From contig CAVVLJ010000021.1 of the NCBI GenBank assembly GCA_963749075.1, positions 640,001 to 704,000 on the forward strand: a stretch of 64,000 nucleotides of DNA. Direction: 5' to 3'. The position numbers were made by a program, and so were the translations under genes. Shown piece after piece: positions 42,691 through 52,850 of this stretch (within the stretch, counting starts at the first letter, position 1; every line of letters begins with the position of its first letter). The notes beneath the pieces were generated by a model. The model was not told where the DNA came from, did no database searches, and saw only the letters and a program-made list of their open reading frames with translations. This DNA comes from an uncultured Pseudomonadota bacterium. GTDB lineage: Bacteria; Pseudomonadota; Alphaproteobacteria; JACZXZ01.

Positions 42691-43263
42691 TCAGGCGAGG
42701 CCGAGGCGGCCGGCGACGATGCTGTTCACGGCGATGGTGAGCACGAGGTCGAGCGCCACCAGCGCCGCCGCGGTGAGCCGCGAGATCTGCAGCGCGGTGC
42801 GCGCGATGAACCACAAGATGACGACGGTGACGGCGAGCACCAGGAGGTCGACGAAGTTGGCGACCTCGGGTGCCACCCCGCTCGCCACGAAGGCCTTGGA
42901 CGGCAGCTCGAGCCCGTTGAGCAGCACGCCCGTCCAGTTGTAGGCGACGATGTAGAGGATGTAGTTGCGCTGGCGGCCGAGCGCCTCTGAGATGTAGTGC
43001 ATGGCGAGCGGGTAGAGGAAGACGAGGATGATGTAGGCGAGGCTCTCGAGGAGGAGGATGCGCGCGAGGCTCGCCTCGATGGCGTCGAGATCGAGATCGA
43101 GGAAGACGATGATGAAATAGATGGGTGCCGCCAGGAGCGCCGAATAGAACGAGCGCCAGAAGCCCTCGACCGTCGCGTTGAAATAGCCGAGCCCCTGGGG
43201 ATCGAGACGGCAGAGGCGATAGCCGCCGTAGAGCCCGTGGAGGATCTCCGGGAGGCCGATCAT
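42691..43263 (-). CDS. Conserved hypothetical membrane protein
   Basis: GFWRSF, YIVAYNW, several hydrophobic segments; ATGA overlap with dapE. Confidence 0.75.
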   Translation of the reverse strand: MIGLPEILHGLYGGYRLCRLDPQGLGYFNATVEGFWRSFYSALLAAPIYFIIVFLDLDLDAIEASLARILLLESLAYIILVFLYPLAMHYISEALGRQRNYILYIVAYNWTGVLLNGLELPSKAFVASGVAPEVANFVDLLVLAVTVVILWFIARTALQISRLTAAALVALDLVLTIAVNSIVAGRLGLA

Positions 43264-44420
43264 GGCGCCTGGAAATAGCCGTCGAGCACGGCTTCGTAGA
43301 TGCGTGCGAGCTCCTCGAGATCGGCCGTGGCCACGCGCTCGTCCACCTTGTGCATGGTGCGGCCAACGAGGCCGAACTCGACGACCGGGCAATGGTCCTT
43401 GATGAAGCGCGCGTCGGAGGTGCCGCCCGTGGTGCTGAGCTCGGGCGTGAGCCCGGTCACCCGCTCGACCGCCGCGGCGACGGTTTGGCTCAAGGGGCCG
43501 GGTGCCGTGAGAAAGGCCGTGCCCGAGACCTGGATGGCGAGATCGTAGTCGGCGCTCACGGCGTCGAGGCGGCTCTTGAGCCAGCGCTCGAGGCTCGCCG
43601 GCGTGTGCGCGTCGTTGAAGCGGATGTTGAAAGAGGCCATGGCCTCGCCCGGGATGACGTTCGCCGCCGGATTGCCGATGTCGATGCTGGCGATCTCCAG
43701 CGTCGAGGGCTGGAAATGGGCGGTGCCCTCGTCGAGCGGCCCGCGGATGAGTGCTGCCAGCATGCGCACGATCTTGTGCGCGGCGTTGTCGGCGAGATGG
43801 GGATAGGCGGTGTGGCCCTGCACGCCGCGCACGGTGAGCCGCCCGTTCAAGCTGCCGCGGCGGCCGATCTTGATCATCTCGCCGAGCCGCGCGGGGTTGG
43901 TCGGCTCGCCCACGACGCAGGCGTCGAGCCGCTCGCCGTTCGCCGCCATCCACTCCAGCACCTTGCGCGTGCCGTTGATCGAGGGTCCCTCCTCGTCGCC
44001 GGTGATGAGGAGGCTGAGCGAGCCCGCGAAGCCGCCGCCGCGCCTGGCCAGGAAGCGGCTCGCCGCGGCGACGAAGGCGGCGATGGCACCCTTCATGTCC
44101 GCGGCACCACGGCCGTAGAGCTCGCCCGCCCTGAGCTCGGCGCCGAAGGGCTCGGCCGTCCACGCCTTGGCATTGCCCACCGGCACCACGTCGGTGTGGC
44201 CGGCGAAGCAGAAATTTGGCGCAGCACTGCCGATGCGGGCGTAGAGGTTCTCCACCTCCGGCGTGCCCGCTTGGCTGAAGGCCAAGCGGCGGCAGGCGAA
44301 GCCGAGGGCGGCGAGGCGGTCCTCGAGGAGGGCGAGTGCTCCGCCCTCGTGGGGTGTTACACTCGGGCAGCGGATGAGCGCCTGGGCGAGCTCGACCGGG
44401 TCGACGGCGACGTTGCCCAT
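43260..44420 (-). CDS. dapE: Succinyl-diaminopimelate desuccinylase
   Basis: [33 protein letters not shown]. Confidence 0.95.
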   Translation of the reverse strand: MGNVAVDPVELAQALIRCPSVTPHEGGALALLEDRLAALGFACRRLAFSQAGTPEVENLYARIGSAAPNFCFAGHTDVVPVGNAKAWTAEPFGAELRAGELYGRGAADMKGAIAAFVAAASRFLARRGGGFAGSLSLLITGDEEGPSINGTRKVLEWMAANGERLDACVVGEPTNPARLGEMIKIGRRGSLNGRLTVRGVQGHTAYPHLADNAAHKIVRMLAALIRGPLDEGTAHFQPSTLEIASIDIGNPAANVIPGEAMASFNIRFNDAHTPASLERWLKSRLDAVSADYDLAIQVSGTAFLTAPGPLSQTVAAAVERVTGLTPELSTTGGTSDARFIKDHCPVVEFGLVGRTMHKVDERVATADLEELARIYEAVLDGYFQAP

Positions 44421-44458
44421 GGCTGCCATCGCGTGTGGTGCCATCTCGTGCGGCGTCC

Positions 44459-45316
44459 TCACGTGCGCAACAGCTCGTTGATCGAGGTCTTGGCGCGCGT
44501 GCGCTCGTCGACCCGCTTGACGATGACGCAGCAGTAGAGCGCCGGCGCTGTCTGGCCGTCGCGTGCGGGCTTGGCCGGCAGCGCACCCGGTACCACGACC
44601 GAATAGGCGGGCACGCGGCCGCTCAGCACCTCGCCCGTCTCGCGGTCGACGATCTTGGTGGCGGCACCTATGTAGCAGCCCATCGACAGCACGCTGCCGG
44701 TCTCGACCACCACCCCCTCGACCACCTCGCTGCGCGCGCCGATGAAGCAATCGTCCTCGATGATCACGGGTCCCGCCTGCAAGGGCTCGAGCACGCCGCC
44801 GATGCCGACCCCGCCGGAGAGGTGGCAGTTCTTGCCGATCTGGGCGCAGGAGCCGACGGTCGCCCAGGTGTCGACCATGGTGCCGGCGCCGACATGGGCG
44901 CCGAGGTTGACGAAAGAGGGCATGAGCACGACGCCGGGGGCGATATAGGCCGAGCGGCGCACGATCGAGCCCGGCACGGCGCGGAAGCCGGCTGCGCGGA
45001 AGCGCTTGTCGTCCCAGCCCGCGAACTTCGAGGGCACCTTGTCGAACCACGCAGCGCCGCCCGTCTCGGGCGCACCCGGTCCGCCGGGGATCGTCGCCAT
45101 GTCGTTCAGGCGGAAGGAGAGCAGCACCGCCTTCTTGGCCCACTGCCGCACGAGCCAGCCGCCGGGGCCTTTCTCCGCCACGCGCAAGCTCCCGGAATCG
45201 AGCGCCTCGAGTGCCGCCTCGACCGCCTCGCGCACCTCGCCCCGCGTCGCCGGAGTGAGCGCCTCGCGCGTCTCCCAGGCGGCGTCGATGACGCGTTCGA
45301 GCTCGAGGAAATCCAT
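44459..45316 (-). CDS. dapD: Tetrahydrodipicolinate N-succinyltransferase
   Basis: [39 protein letters not shown]. Confidence 0.97.
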   Translation of the reverse strand: MDFLELERVIDAAWETREALTPATRGEVREAVEAALEALDSGSLRVAEKGPGGWLVRQWAKKAVLLSFRLNDMATIPGGPGAPETGGAAWFDKVPSKFAGWDDKRFRAAGFRAVPGSIVRRSAYIAPGVVLMPSFVNLGAHVGAGTMVDTWATVGSCAQIGKNCHLSGGVGIGGVLEPLQAGPVIIEDDCFIGARSEVVEGVVVETGSVLSMGCYIGAATKIVDRETGEVLSGRVPAYSVVVPGALPAKPARDGQTAPALYCCVIVKRVDERTRAKTSINELLRT

Positions 45317-45473
45317 GGCGGGCGCTGCCTTAAGGATCGGATGCGGCGGCACAATGGGACAGCGCCGCCGCCCCTGTCAACCGGGCGGGGATGGCTACGC
45401 CCTTGTAAACCTCGCCGCCAGTCCCTCGAGGGTCGCGGTGGTCGCCTTAGCCTGGTTCACCGGGTCCGATAGC

Positions 45474-45545
45474 TCATTTGAACTTGCGGGCATTGTCGAG
45501 AATGTCGTTGAGATAGTCGATAAAGTCGCGCTCCGCGGGATTCAC
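45474..45545 (-). pseudogene. Truncated HEPN/DUF86 toxin (N-terminal 23 codons only)
   Basis: VNPAERDFIDYLNDILDNARKFK*; GTGA-coupled to MNT; no Rx4H motif remains. Confidence 0.65.
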
Positions 45546-45835
45546 AGCATCACGACCTCGGACATGATCCGCCGGCCGATCCGTCGCCTGAGCGCGTCCT
45601 TCATGACGAGATCGACCTTGACGCCCAGGGCGTCGCTCAATGCCTGCTGAAGACCGGCGACTTCCAGGAGGCCGATCCCCTCGCCTAGCTCCACGAGCAC
45701 GTCCAGATCGCTCGACTCGGTTTGCCGCCCATGGACGCAGGAGCCGAAGACGCCCATCCCGCGAATGGGATAGCGGCGCCGCAGGTCCGGCTGCATGCGG
45801 CGCAATCGGCTGATGACTTCGTCGAGGCTGGGCAT
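45542..45835 (-). CDS. MNT antitoxin (orphaned)
   Basis: GVFGSCVHGRQTESSDLDVLV...GVKVDLV. Confidence 0.9.
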   Translation of the reverse strand: MPSLDEVISRLRRMQPDLRRRYPIRGMGVFGSCVHGRQTESSDLDVLVELGEGIGLLEVAGLQQALSDALGVKVDLVMKDALRRRIGRRIMSEVVML

Positions 45836-45889
45836 GAGCGTCGCCTTTCCGCGTCCGCATCATACGCGAAAGAGGGCCCGGTTGCCAGT

Positions 45890-46597
45890 TCAGGGCGCTG
45901 CGCCGCGCGCCGCGAGGACCGCTTCGAGGAAGCCCGTGAGATCGTCCGTGCGGTGATGGATGTGGGCGTCCGTCTCGTCGAGTTTGCCGAACTCGCTCTC
46001 GGCCATGAGCCAAACGGTCGTCATGCCGAGGGCCGCGGCCGGCTCGAGGTTGCGCGGGATGTCGTCGACCATGGCGGCCGCCTCGGGGGCGATGCCGTGG
46101 CGCTCGATGAGGAGGCGGTAGGAGGCCGGGTCGGGCTTGGGGAGGAAGCCGGCCGCGACCACGTCGAAGACGGCCTCGAAGTGGTGGCGCACGCCCAGGC
46201 GCGCCATCACCTTCTCCGCATGGTCGGCGGAGCCGTTGGTGAAGACGAGCTTGCGCCCGGCCAAGCGGCCGAGGGCGGCGTCGAGGGCGGGCGCCGCCGG
46301 CACCGCGCTGCGGTCGATCTCGTGCACGTAGTCGAGGAACTCGTGCGGGTCGACGCCGTGCTCGCTCATGAGGCCGCGCAGCGTCGTGCCGTGCGCGCGG
46401 AAATACTGCTTCTGCAGCGCCCGCGCGGCCTCAGGCTCGAGCCCGAAGCGCTCGGCGATGAAGGCGCCGATGCGGCGGTCGACCTGGTCGAAGAGCCGGC
46501 ACGACGCCGGATAGAGCGTGTTGTCGAGATCGAAGATCCACACCTCGACGTGGGCGAGGGAGAGGGGGGGCGCTCCTGGGTCGTGTCGCGCGGTCAT
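45890..46597 (-). CDS. Pyrimidine 5'-nucleotidase (HAD)
   Basis: WIFDLDNTLY, HGTTLRGL, FTNG, PKP, DDIPRNL. Confidence 0.9.
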   Translation of the reverse strand: MTARHDPGAPPLSLAHVEVWIFDLDNTLYPASCRLFDQVDRRIGAFIAERFGLEPEAARALQKQYFRAHGTTLRGLMSEHGVDPHEFLDYVHEIDRSAVPAAPALDAALGRLAGRKLVFTNGSADHAEKVMARLGVRHHFEAVFDVVAAGFLPKPDPASYRLLIERHGIAPEAAAMVDDIPRNLEPAAALGMTTVWLMAESEFGKLDETDAHIHHRTDDLTGFLEAVLAARGAAP

Positions 46598-46636
46598 TGG
46601 CTTGCTTGACAAGGGGAGTGCTCGGCCGACGCGGCG

Positions 46637-47049
46637 CTAATCCGACATTGGCCGCGCGCGCCAGGATGCGGCCGCCGCGAGCTCGACGGCGTGCTGCTTC
46701 TGGATGTCGCGGCCCTCGCTGGCATGGGGGACATTCAATTCGATCTCGGCGTGATAGGGATTGCCCGGTAACGGCGCCGGTCGGACGCTTCTCCGGCCTC
46801 GAGCGGCATTTGCGCCGTCACGGCGGCCCAACCATGAAACGCCTGTCTTCGCTGCTGGGCATTTGCATCCCCTATTTCTGCCAATACTGTGTCGTCGGCA
46901 AGGCCCAACTTGTCCACGGAGAGCGTCTCGGCCTCGAGCTACTCGAGAAATATCTTGTGCGCGACGTTGACTCGCGCGGCCCCGACTGCGTCTCTTTGCG
47001 AAAACACCTCGCGCCCGAGCAGGTCCGCCGGCCGTATGGGCTCGGTCAC
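46637..47049 (-). pseudogene. Disrupted putative toxin gene (possible ART/RES-like fold)
   Basis: GTG overlaps the upstream stop; in-frame TAG at 46939-46941 and a frameshift near 46812. Reconstructed: LLGREVFS...LSVDKL...FHGWAAV...NPYHAEI. Confidence 0.55.
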
Positions 47050-47477
47050 ACCGAAGTCATGCGACTGAGCTCGGCCCGGACGAACGCATCGGGGACCGCG
47101 CTTGCACGGTCATATCGCGCTCTGCGGTTCTCGCCGGCAATGGAGGAGAGGCACATCGCGCCGCCGGACGCATCGCAAAGCACGAGCACCGCTGCGGGTA
47201 CATCGCGCCTCTGAAACATGATGCCGATTTCGCCGTCCTCCGTGGGATAGGCCGCCGGGCATGGCAAGGAGCCGCCGGCCAGACCGCGAAGAATTCGCCG
47301 CGCATGGGTCTTGGCCGAAGCGGATGGCTCCGGATAGCCTTCCTCGAGCGCTTCCTCCTCCACGCGCGCAAGCTCGCCGAGAGCGTCCGCGAGCCATGCC
47401 GCAACGTGCAAGTTACGCTGCCGATCCCTCCCGATCGTCATCCAGAAACTCCCAGCATGCGCTCCCTCCGCTGGCAT
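47046..47477 (-). CDS. Hypothetical protein, putative antitoxin partner
   Basis: EEGYPEPS...PAAYPTEDGEIGIMF; start uncertain. Confidence 0.55.
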   Translation of the reverse strand: MPAEGAHAGSFWMTIGRDRQRNLHVAAWLADALGELARVEEEALEEGYPEPSASAKTHARRILRGLAGGSLPCPAAYPTEDGEIGIMFQRRDVPAAVLVLCDASGGAMCLSSIAGENRRARYDRASAVPDAFVRAELSRMTSV

Positions 47478-47628
47478 GACTCACCGAAGCGGCTAGTCGC
47501 GAGTCTCGACGATAACCCGCATGAGGGCACCAAAACCAATCTGCCATAGCGCAGGACAGCGGACAAGCGTTGCACCGCGCGCCGCGCAGGCAATCGGGCG
47601 GCAATGGAGCAGCCGCGGTCGGCCTGCC

Positions 47629-48540
47629 TCAGCCCCGCGCGATCATGGTGCCGACGCCCGTCGCGGTGAAGACCTCGAGCAGCAGCACGTGCTGCACGCG
47701 GCCGTCGAGGATGACCGCGGCCTCGACGCCGCCCTCGACCGCCGCCAGGCAGGTCTCGACCTTGGGGATCATGCCGCCGCTGATGGTGCCATCGGCGATG
47801 AGCTCGTGCACCTGGCGCACCGTGAGGTCGGCCAGGAGCTCGCCCTCCTTGTCGAGCACGCCGGGCACGTCGGTCAGGAGATAGAGGCGCGCGGCACCCG
47901 CGGCGGCGGCGATGGCGCCGGCCACCGTGTCGGCATTGATGTTGTAGGTCTCGCCGTCGGGTCCGGCGCCCACGGGTGCGATCACGGGGATGATTTTCGA
48001 GTTCTTGAAGATCTGCAGCACCTCGGTGTTGATGCGCGCGGGCTCGCCCACGTAGCCAAGGTCGAGCACCTCCTCGATGCGCGAATCGGGATCGCGCTTG
48101 GCGCGCGCGAGCTTGCGCGCGACCACGAGGTTGCCGTCCTTGCCCGAGAGCCCGACGGCGAGGCCGCCGGCGCGGTTGATGGCACCCACGATCTCCTTGT
48201 TGATCTTGCCCGAGAGCACCATCTCGACGACCTCGACGGTGGCCGCGTCGGTGACGCGCAGGCCGTCCACGAAGGAGCTCGCGATGTTGAGGCGCTTGAG
48301 CATCTCGCCGATCTGCGGGCCGCCGCCGTGCACGACGATGGGGTCGATGCCGATCTGCTTGAGCAACACGATGTCGCGCGCGAAGTTCTCGGCCAGCCGC
48401 TCGTCGCCCATGGCGTGGCCGCCGTACTTGATGACGAAGCTCTTGCCGGCGTAGCGCCGCATGTAGGGCAGCGCCTCCGAGAGGATGCCGGCCTTGGCGA
48501 GCCACTCGATGTGCCGCGTGCGATGGTCCTTGGTCGCCAT
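47629..48540 (-). CDS. argB: Acetylglutamate kinase
   Basis: [28 protein letters not shown]. Confidence 0.97.
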   Translation of the reverse strand: MATKDHRTRHIEWLAKAGILSEALPYMRRYAGKSFVIKYGGHAMGDERLAENFARDIVLLKQIGIDPIVVHGGGPQIGEMLKRLNIASSFVDGLRVTDAATVEVVEMVLSGKINKEIVGAINRAGGLAVGLSGKDGNLVVARKLARAKRDPDSRIEEVLDLGYVGEPARINTEVLQIFKNSKIIPVIAPVGAGPDGETYNINADTVAGAIAAAAGAARLYLLTDVPGVLDKEGELLADLTVRQVHELIADGTISGGMIPKVETCLAAVEGGVEAAVILDGRVQHVLLLEVFTATGVGTMIARG

Positions 48541-48551
48541 GGGCGCGGACT

Positions 48552-49220
48552 TTAGCCGAACTGCCGGCCGCCTGCCAGCGCTGCGAGAACGGCGCGCAGC
48601 TCGGGAATGCCGCGTCCGCCCGCCGCACTCGTCGGCAGGGTCTCCGGGTGCCCGGCTGGATGCCGCGCGAGCTCGCCCGCGAGTGCGGTCGAGCACGCGG
48701 CAAGCGCCGCCTCGCTGCATTGGTCCGACTTGGTGAGCACGAGCTGGAAGCCGACCGCGGCCTCGTCGAGCCGCCCCATCATCTCGCGGTCGCTCTCCTT
48801 GAGCCCGTGGCGCGCATCGACGAGCAGCATGAGGCGCTTGAGGCTCGCGCGCCCGCGCAAGTAAGCGCCGATGAGGCGCTGCCAGGCCGCGGTCTCGGAT
48901 TTCGACACCTTGGCATAGCCGTAGCCCGGCATGTCCACGAGGAGGAGCTTGCCGCCCAAATCGAAGAAATTGAGCTGGCGCGTGCGGCCGGGCGTATTCG
49001 AGATGCGCGCCAGGCCCTTGCGTCCGGCGAGCGCGTTGATGAGGCTCGACTTGCCGACGTTCGAGCGGCCGGCGAAGGCGACCTCCGGCAGCGTCGCCGC
49101 CGGCAGCCCTCCGGCATCGGTCGCGGCGAAGACGAAGCGCACCTCGCCCGCGAAGAGGCGGCGGCCGGCCTCGAGCGCCGCCGCCTTCTCGGCGGCCTCC
49201 GCTCTGCCGGCCTCCGTCAG
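48552..49220 (-). CDS. engB: GTP-binding protein EngB/YihA
   Basis: [24 protein letters not shown]; start uncertain (CTG 49220 or ATG 49253). Confidence 0.93.
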   Translation of the reverse strand: MTEAGRAEAAEKAAALEAGRRLFAGEVRFVFAATDAGGLPAATLPEVAFAGRSNVGKSSLINALAGRKGLARISNTPGRTRQLNFFDLGGKLLLVDMPGYGYAKVSKSETAAWQRLIGAYLRGRASLKRLMLLVDARHGLKESDREMMGRLDEAAVGFQLVLTKSDQCSEAALAACSTALAGELARHPAGHPETLPTSAAGGRGIPELRAVLAALAGGRQFG

Positions 49221-50983
49221 GGCTTGACCCCGGCGCGGCGCATGATGAGCCATTGCTGCAGGATCGAGAGGCAGTTGTTCCACGCCCAATAGATCACCAG
49301 CCCCGAGGGGAAGCGCGCCAGCATGAAGGTGAAGACGACCGGCAGCACCATGAACATCTTGGCCTGCACGGGATCGGCCGGCGCCGGGTTGAGCTTCTGC
49401 TGCGCCCACATGGTGAGGCCCATGATGAGCGGCCAGACGCCGATCATGAGGAAGGGAGGCGGCATCCAGGGGATGAGCCCGAAGAGGTTGAAGACGGTCG
49501 ACGGGTCCGGCACCGAGAGGTCGTGGATCCAGCCGTAGAACGGCGCCTGGCGCATCTCGATGGTGACGAAGAGCACCTTGTAGAGCGAGAAGAACACCGG
49601 GATCTGGATCACCATGGGGAGGCACCCCGAGGCCGGGTTGGCCTTCTCGCGCTTGTAGAGCTCCATCATCTCCTTGTTCATGCGCTCGCGGTCGTCCTTG
49701 AAGCGCTCGCGGATTTTCACCATCTCGGGCTGCAGCTTCTTGAGCTTGCTCATCGAGCGGTAGGATTTGTTGGCGAGCGGGAAGAACAGGCCCTTGATGA
49801 TGACGGTGAGCAGCAGGATGGCGATGCCGAAGTTGCCGACCAGCTTGTTGAGATAGTCGAGCAGATAGAAGATCGGCTTGGTGAAAAACCAGTACCACCC
49901 CCAGTCGATCGCGTAGGAGAGCCGGACGATGCCGTCCTTCTCCTCATAGCGGTCGAGCAGGTGGACCTCCTTGGGCCCCGCGAACATGCGGCTCGAGGCT
50001 TGCGCGGACTGTCCGGGCTCGACGGTGAGCCCCGCGGTCGTCACGTAGTCGGCCTGGTACTTGTTGCGTCCGCCCGTGACGGTGTCGCTGAAGCGGCCGC
50101 GGATCGCGACTTTCTGATCCGGGATGAGGACGACGAGCCAGTATTTGTCCGTGAAGCCGAGCCAGCCGCCGGTCGTGGTGTCCGCGAAGGGGGCCTTCAC
50201 AAGGTCGCCGTATTTGATTTTCGCGTGATCGAGGAAGGAGCCGTCATGAAGGACGCCGTTGAACACGCAGAGCGGCCCCTCGGTGAGGATATAATAGCTG
50301 GTCGTCGGCGGATTGCCGCTGCGCGAGACGAGCCCGTAGGGGAAGAGCGTCACCGGCGCCGAGCCGTTGTTCTCCACTTTCTGGGTGATCTGCAGCATGT
50401 ACTCGTCGTCGACCGCGTAGGTGCGCAGGAAGGTGAGGCCCGCGCCGTTGTCCCAGCTGAGCGTCACGGGGGTCTGAGGCGTCAAGTTGGTGCGGTCGGC
50501 CCGCCACAGGGTGTCGGCGTCCGGCAGCTTGACGCCCGAGCCGCCCGCCACCCAGCCGAACTCGGCGTAATAGGCGTCGGTCATGCCGGGCGGGGTAAGG
50601 AGGATGATCTTCGGACTCTTGGGATCGACCGTCTCGCGGTAGTCGGCCAGCACGAGGTTGTCGAGGCGGGCGCCCTTGAGCGCGATCGAGCCCTTGAGCC
50701 GCGGGGTCGCGATGACGACGCGCGGGCTCTCGGCGAGGAGGGCGGCCTTGTCCGGTGCCGCGGCTGCGGCCGCCGCCGCCGCCGCCGCGGGCTGTCCGCC
50801 CGGCACGGGAGGTGCCGTCGCCGCGGGAGCCGCCTCTTTCGCGCCATGCTCGGCGGTCGCGTGCGGCAGCGCCTGCTGGCGCTCGCGCTCCTTCTCGTGG
50901 CGCGGCATCTCGACGAGGAACTGGAAGCCAAGCACGATCGCGATGGAGAGGAGGATCGCCGCGATCAGGTTGCGTTGTTCCAT
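49217..50983 (-). CDS. yidC: Membrane protein insertase YidC
   Basis: [37 protein letters not shown]. Confidence 0.97.
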   Translation of the reverse strand: MEQRNLIAAILLSIAIVLGFQFLVEMPRHEKERERQQALPHATAEHGAKEAAPAATAPPVPGGQPAAAAAAAAAAAPDKAALLAESPRVVIATPRLKGSIALKGARLDNLVLADYRETVDPKSPKIILLTPPGMTDAYYAEFGWVAGGSGVKLPDADTLWRADRTNLTPQTPVTLSWDNGAGLTFLRTYAVDDEYMLQITQKVENNGSAPVTLFPYGLVSRSGNPPTTSYYILTEGPLCVFNGVLHDGSFLDHAKIKYGDLVKAPFADTTTGGWLGFTDKYWLVVLIPDQKVAIRGRFSDTVTGGRNKYQADYVTTAGLTVEPGQSAQASSRMFAGPKEVHLLDRYEEKDGIVRLSYAIDWGWYWFFTKPIFYLLDYLNKLVGNFGIAILLLTVIIKGLFFPLANKSYRSMSKLKKLQPEMVKIRERFKDDRERMNKEMMELYKREKANPASGCLPMVIQIPVFFSLYKVLFVTIEMRQAPFYGWIHDLSVPDPSTVFNLFGLIPWMPPPFLMIGVWPLIMGLTMWAQQKLNPAPADPVQAKMFMVLPVVFTFMLARFPSGLVIYWAWNNCLSILQQWLIMRRAGVKP

Positions 50984-51047
50984 CAGGGTCCGCTTCCAGG
51001 CTGTCGGGCGTCGTCAGGGGCTGCGGCCCGCGCGCTGCGGCGGCACC

Positions 51048-51314
51048 TCAAGAGGGGCCGCCGGAGGGGAGCCGCGATAGAGATTCCTCGCCCTTCCCGG
51101 GCAGCGGATCGTAGCCGCCGGCGCTCCACGGGTGGCAGCGCAGGAGCCGTCTCAGCGCCAGGAGCGAGCCCTTCACGGCACCCTCCTCCCGGAGTGCTGC
51201 CAGCGCATAGTTGGAGCAGCTCGGATGGAAGCGGCAGGCGCTCGGCAGGAGCGGGCTTAAGAGGAGCTGATAGCCGCGCACGAGCGCTGCGAGGAGCCGG
51301 GTGATCGCCGTCAT
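51048..51314 (-). CDS. yidD: Membrane protein insertion efficiency factor
   Basis: CRFHPSCSNYA...RCHPWSAGGYDP. Confidence 0.95.
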   Translation of the reverse strand: MTAITRLLAALVRGYQLLLSPLLPSACRFHPSCSNYALAALREEGAVKGSLLALRRLLRCHPWSAGGYDPLPGKGEESLSRLPSGGPS

Positions 51315-51431
51315 GGTCGAGCCTCTATGATGCTTGCCGGCAGCACCCTGCGGCAGCTTGCCGCAGCGCCGCCCGAGCGTGCGCCGCTCGTTCGTCGGCA
51401 GGCGAACTCTTACACCCTTCCCCCATCGCCG

Positions 51432-51806
51432 TCACGCCTTGGCGCCGCCGACGCCAAGGCGCTCGAGGGCGGTCCGCAGGTCCTCGAGGAGCGCCGCGAA
51501 GGGCCGCCGAAGCGTGCCCGCGCGCGCGACGAGGACGAGGTCGTAGCCGGCTGCGGCAGCGGCCGGCAGGAGGCGGCGAGCCGCCTCGCGCAGACGCCGC
51601 CGCGCGCGGTTGCGGGCCACCGCTCCCCCCACCTTGCGGCTCGCGGTGAGGCCGAGGCGCACCTCATGCGCCGGCACGCTGGCGGGCTCCGCCGGCTTGC
51701 GCTGGTAGGCCTGGAGGATCAGCCCCGGCGCCACCCATTTGCGCCGGGCGGCGGCGACCCGCAGGAATTCCGGGCGCCGCTTGAGGCGGCCGAGCGGCTC
51801 GGCCAT
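51432..51806 (-). CDS. rnpA: RNase P protein
   Basis: RLGLTASRKVGGAVARNRARRRLR. Confidence 0.95.
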   Translation of the reverse strand: MAEPLGRLKRRPEFLRVAAARRKWVAPGLILQAYQRKPAEPASVPAHEVRLGLTASRKVGGAVARNRARRRLREAARRLLPAAAAAGYDLVLVARAGTLRRPFAALLEDLRTALERLGVGGAKA

Positions 51807-51811
51807 GGCGC

Positions 51812-51946
51812 TCAGGCCGAGAGGCGCTTGCGCCCCTTGGCCCGGCGTGCCGCGAGGACGTTGCGCCCGCCGACCGTCTTCATGCGCGCACGGAAGCCGT
51901 GCCGGCGCTTGCGCACGAGGCGGCTCGGCTGATAGGTTCGCTTCAC
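51812..51946 (-). CDS. rpmH: 50S ribosomal protein L34 (absent from the ORF track)
   Basis: [44 protein letters not shown]. Confidence 0.97.
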   Translation of the reverse strand: MKRTYQPSRLVRKRRHGFRARMKTVGGRNVLAARRAKGRKRLSA

Positions 51947-51975
51947 GGGTCTTTCCTCCGTCGATCGAGGCGGGC

Positions 51976-52004
51976 TTTGTAGGGGCTCCGGCCGGCGCTG
52001 TCAA
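51976..52004 (-). promoter_or_regulatory. Sigma70-like promoter of the rpmH operon
   Basis: Minus strand TTGACA-17 nt-TACAAA. Confidence 0.5.
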
Positions 52005-52086
52005 TTGCGCGCCTGGCGCTAAACTTGCCGGGCCTTGGCCGCATTAGGGTGCTGCATGCCTGCCGGCGTCGGTTATGATCGCCGCC

Positions 52087-52815
52087 ATGCGCGCACCGGA
52101 GCAATCGACGGCAGGTCCCTTCCCGCTCAAGCGCTGGCTGCCGCTCGCCGTGCTGCTCCTCGGCCTCGCCCTCTTCTTCGCCCTCGGCGGGGAGCGCTAC
52201 GTGAGCTTCGAGACGCTGCGCGAGCGCCGCAGCGAGCTCATGCAGTTCGTCGCCGCCCACGCCCTCTTGGCCCCGCTTTGCTATCTGCTGGCCTACGCGG
52301 CGATGGCGGCCTTCTCGCTTCCCGGCGGAGCCGTCATGACCGTGCTCGGCGGCTTCCTCTTCGGGCCCTATGCCGGCACCGCCTATACCGTGGTGGGGGC
52401 GACGCTCGGTGCCTCCGTGGTCTTCCTCGTGGCGAAGAGCGCCTTCGGCGCCGTGCTCGCCGCCAGGGCCGGGCCGCAGCTCTCCAAGATGGAGGCGGGC
52501 TTCGGGAGGAATGCCTTGAGCTATCTTCTCGTGCTCCGCCTGGTGCCGCTCTTCCCCTTCTGGCTCGTCAATCTCGTCCCCGCCGTGCTCAACGTCCCGC
52601 TCGGCACCTATGTCCTCGGCACCTTTCTCGGCATCATTCCCGGGAGCTTCGTCTTCGCCCTTCTGGGCAGCGGCGTCGGCAGCGTTCTGGAAGCGGGCGA
52701 GCGGCCCGACCTCGGCGTCATTTTTCAGGGGAGGGTGCTTCTGGCACTCTCAGGCCTCGCGCTCCTCGCACTCCTGCCGGTCGCCTGCAAGGCGCTCAGG
52801 GCGAGGCGGCGCTGA
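52087..52815 (+). CDS. TVP38/TMEM64 (DedA superfamily) membrane protein
   Basis: SLPGG...GGFLFG...LRLVPLFPFWLVN...GIIPG. Confidence 0.9.
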   Translation: MRAPEQSTAGPFPLKRWLPLAVLLLGLALFFALGGERYVSFETLRERRSELMQFVAAHALLAPLCYLLAYAAMAAFSLPGGAVMTVLGGFLFGPYAGTAYTVVGATLGASVVFLVAKSAFGAVLAARAGPQLSKMEAGFGRNALSYLLVLRLVPLFPFWLVNLVPAVLNVPLGTYVLGTFLGIIPGSFVFALLGSGVGSVLEAGERPDLGVIFQGRVLLALSGLALLALLPVACKALRARRR

Positions 52816-52850
52816 GGTGCCGAGGCGGGCAGCAGGCGGAGGGAGAAGCG

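Noticed and set aside
49200-49260. Non-canonical CTG start for engB overlapping the yidC stop
   Set aside because: An in-frame ATG at 49253 exists, so the start cannot be decided from sequence.
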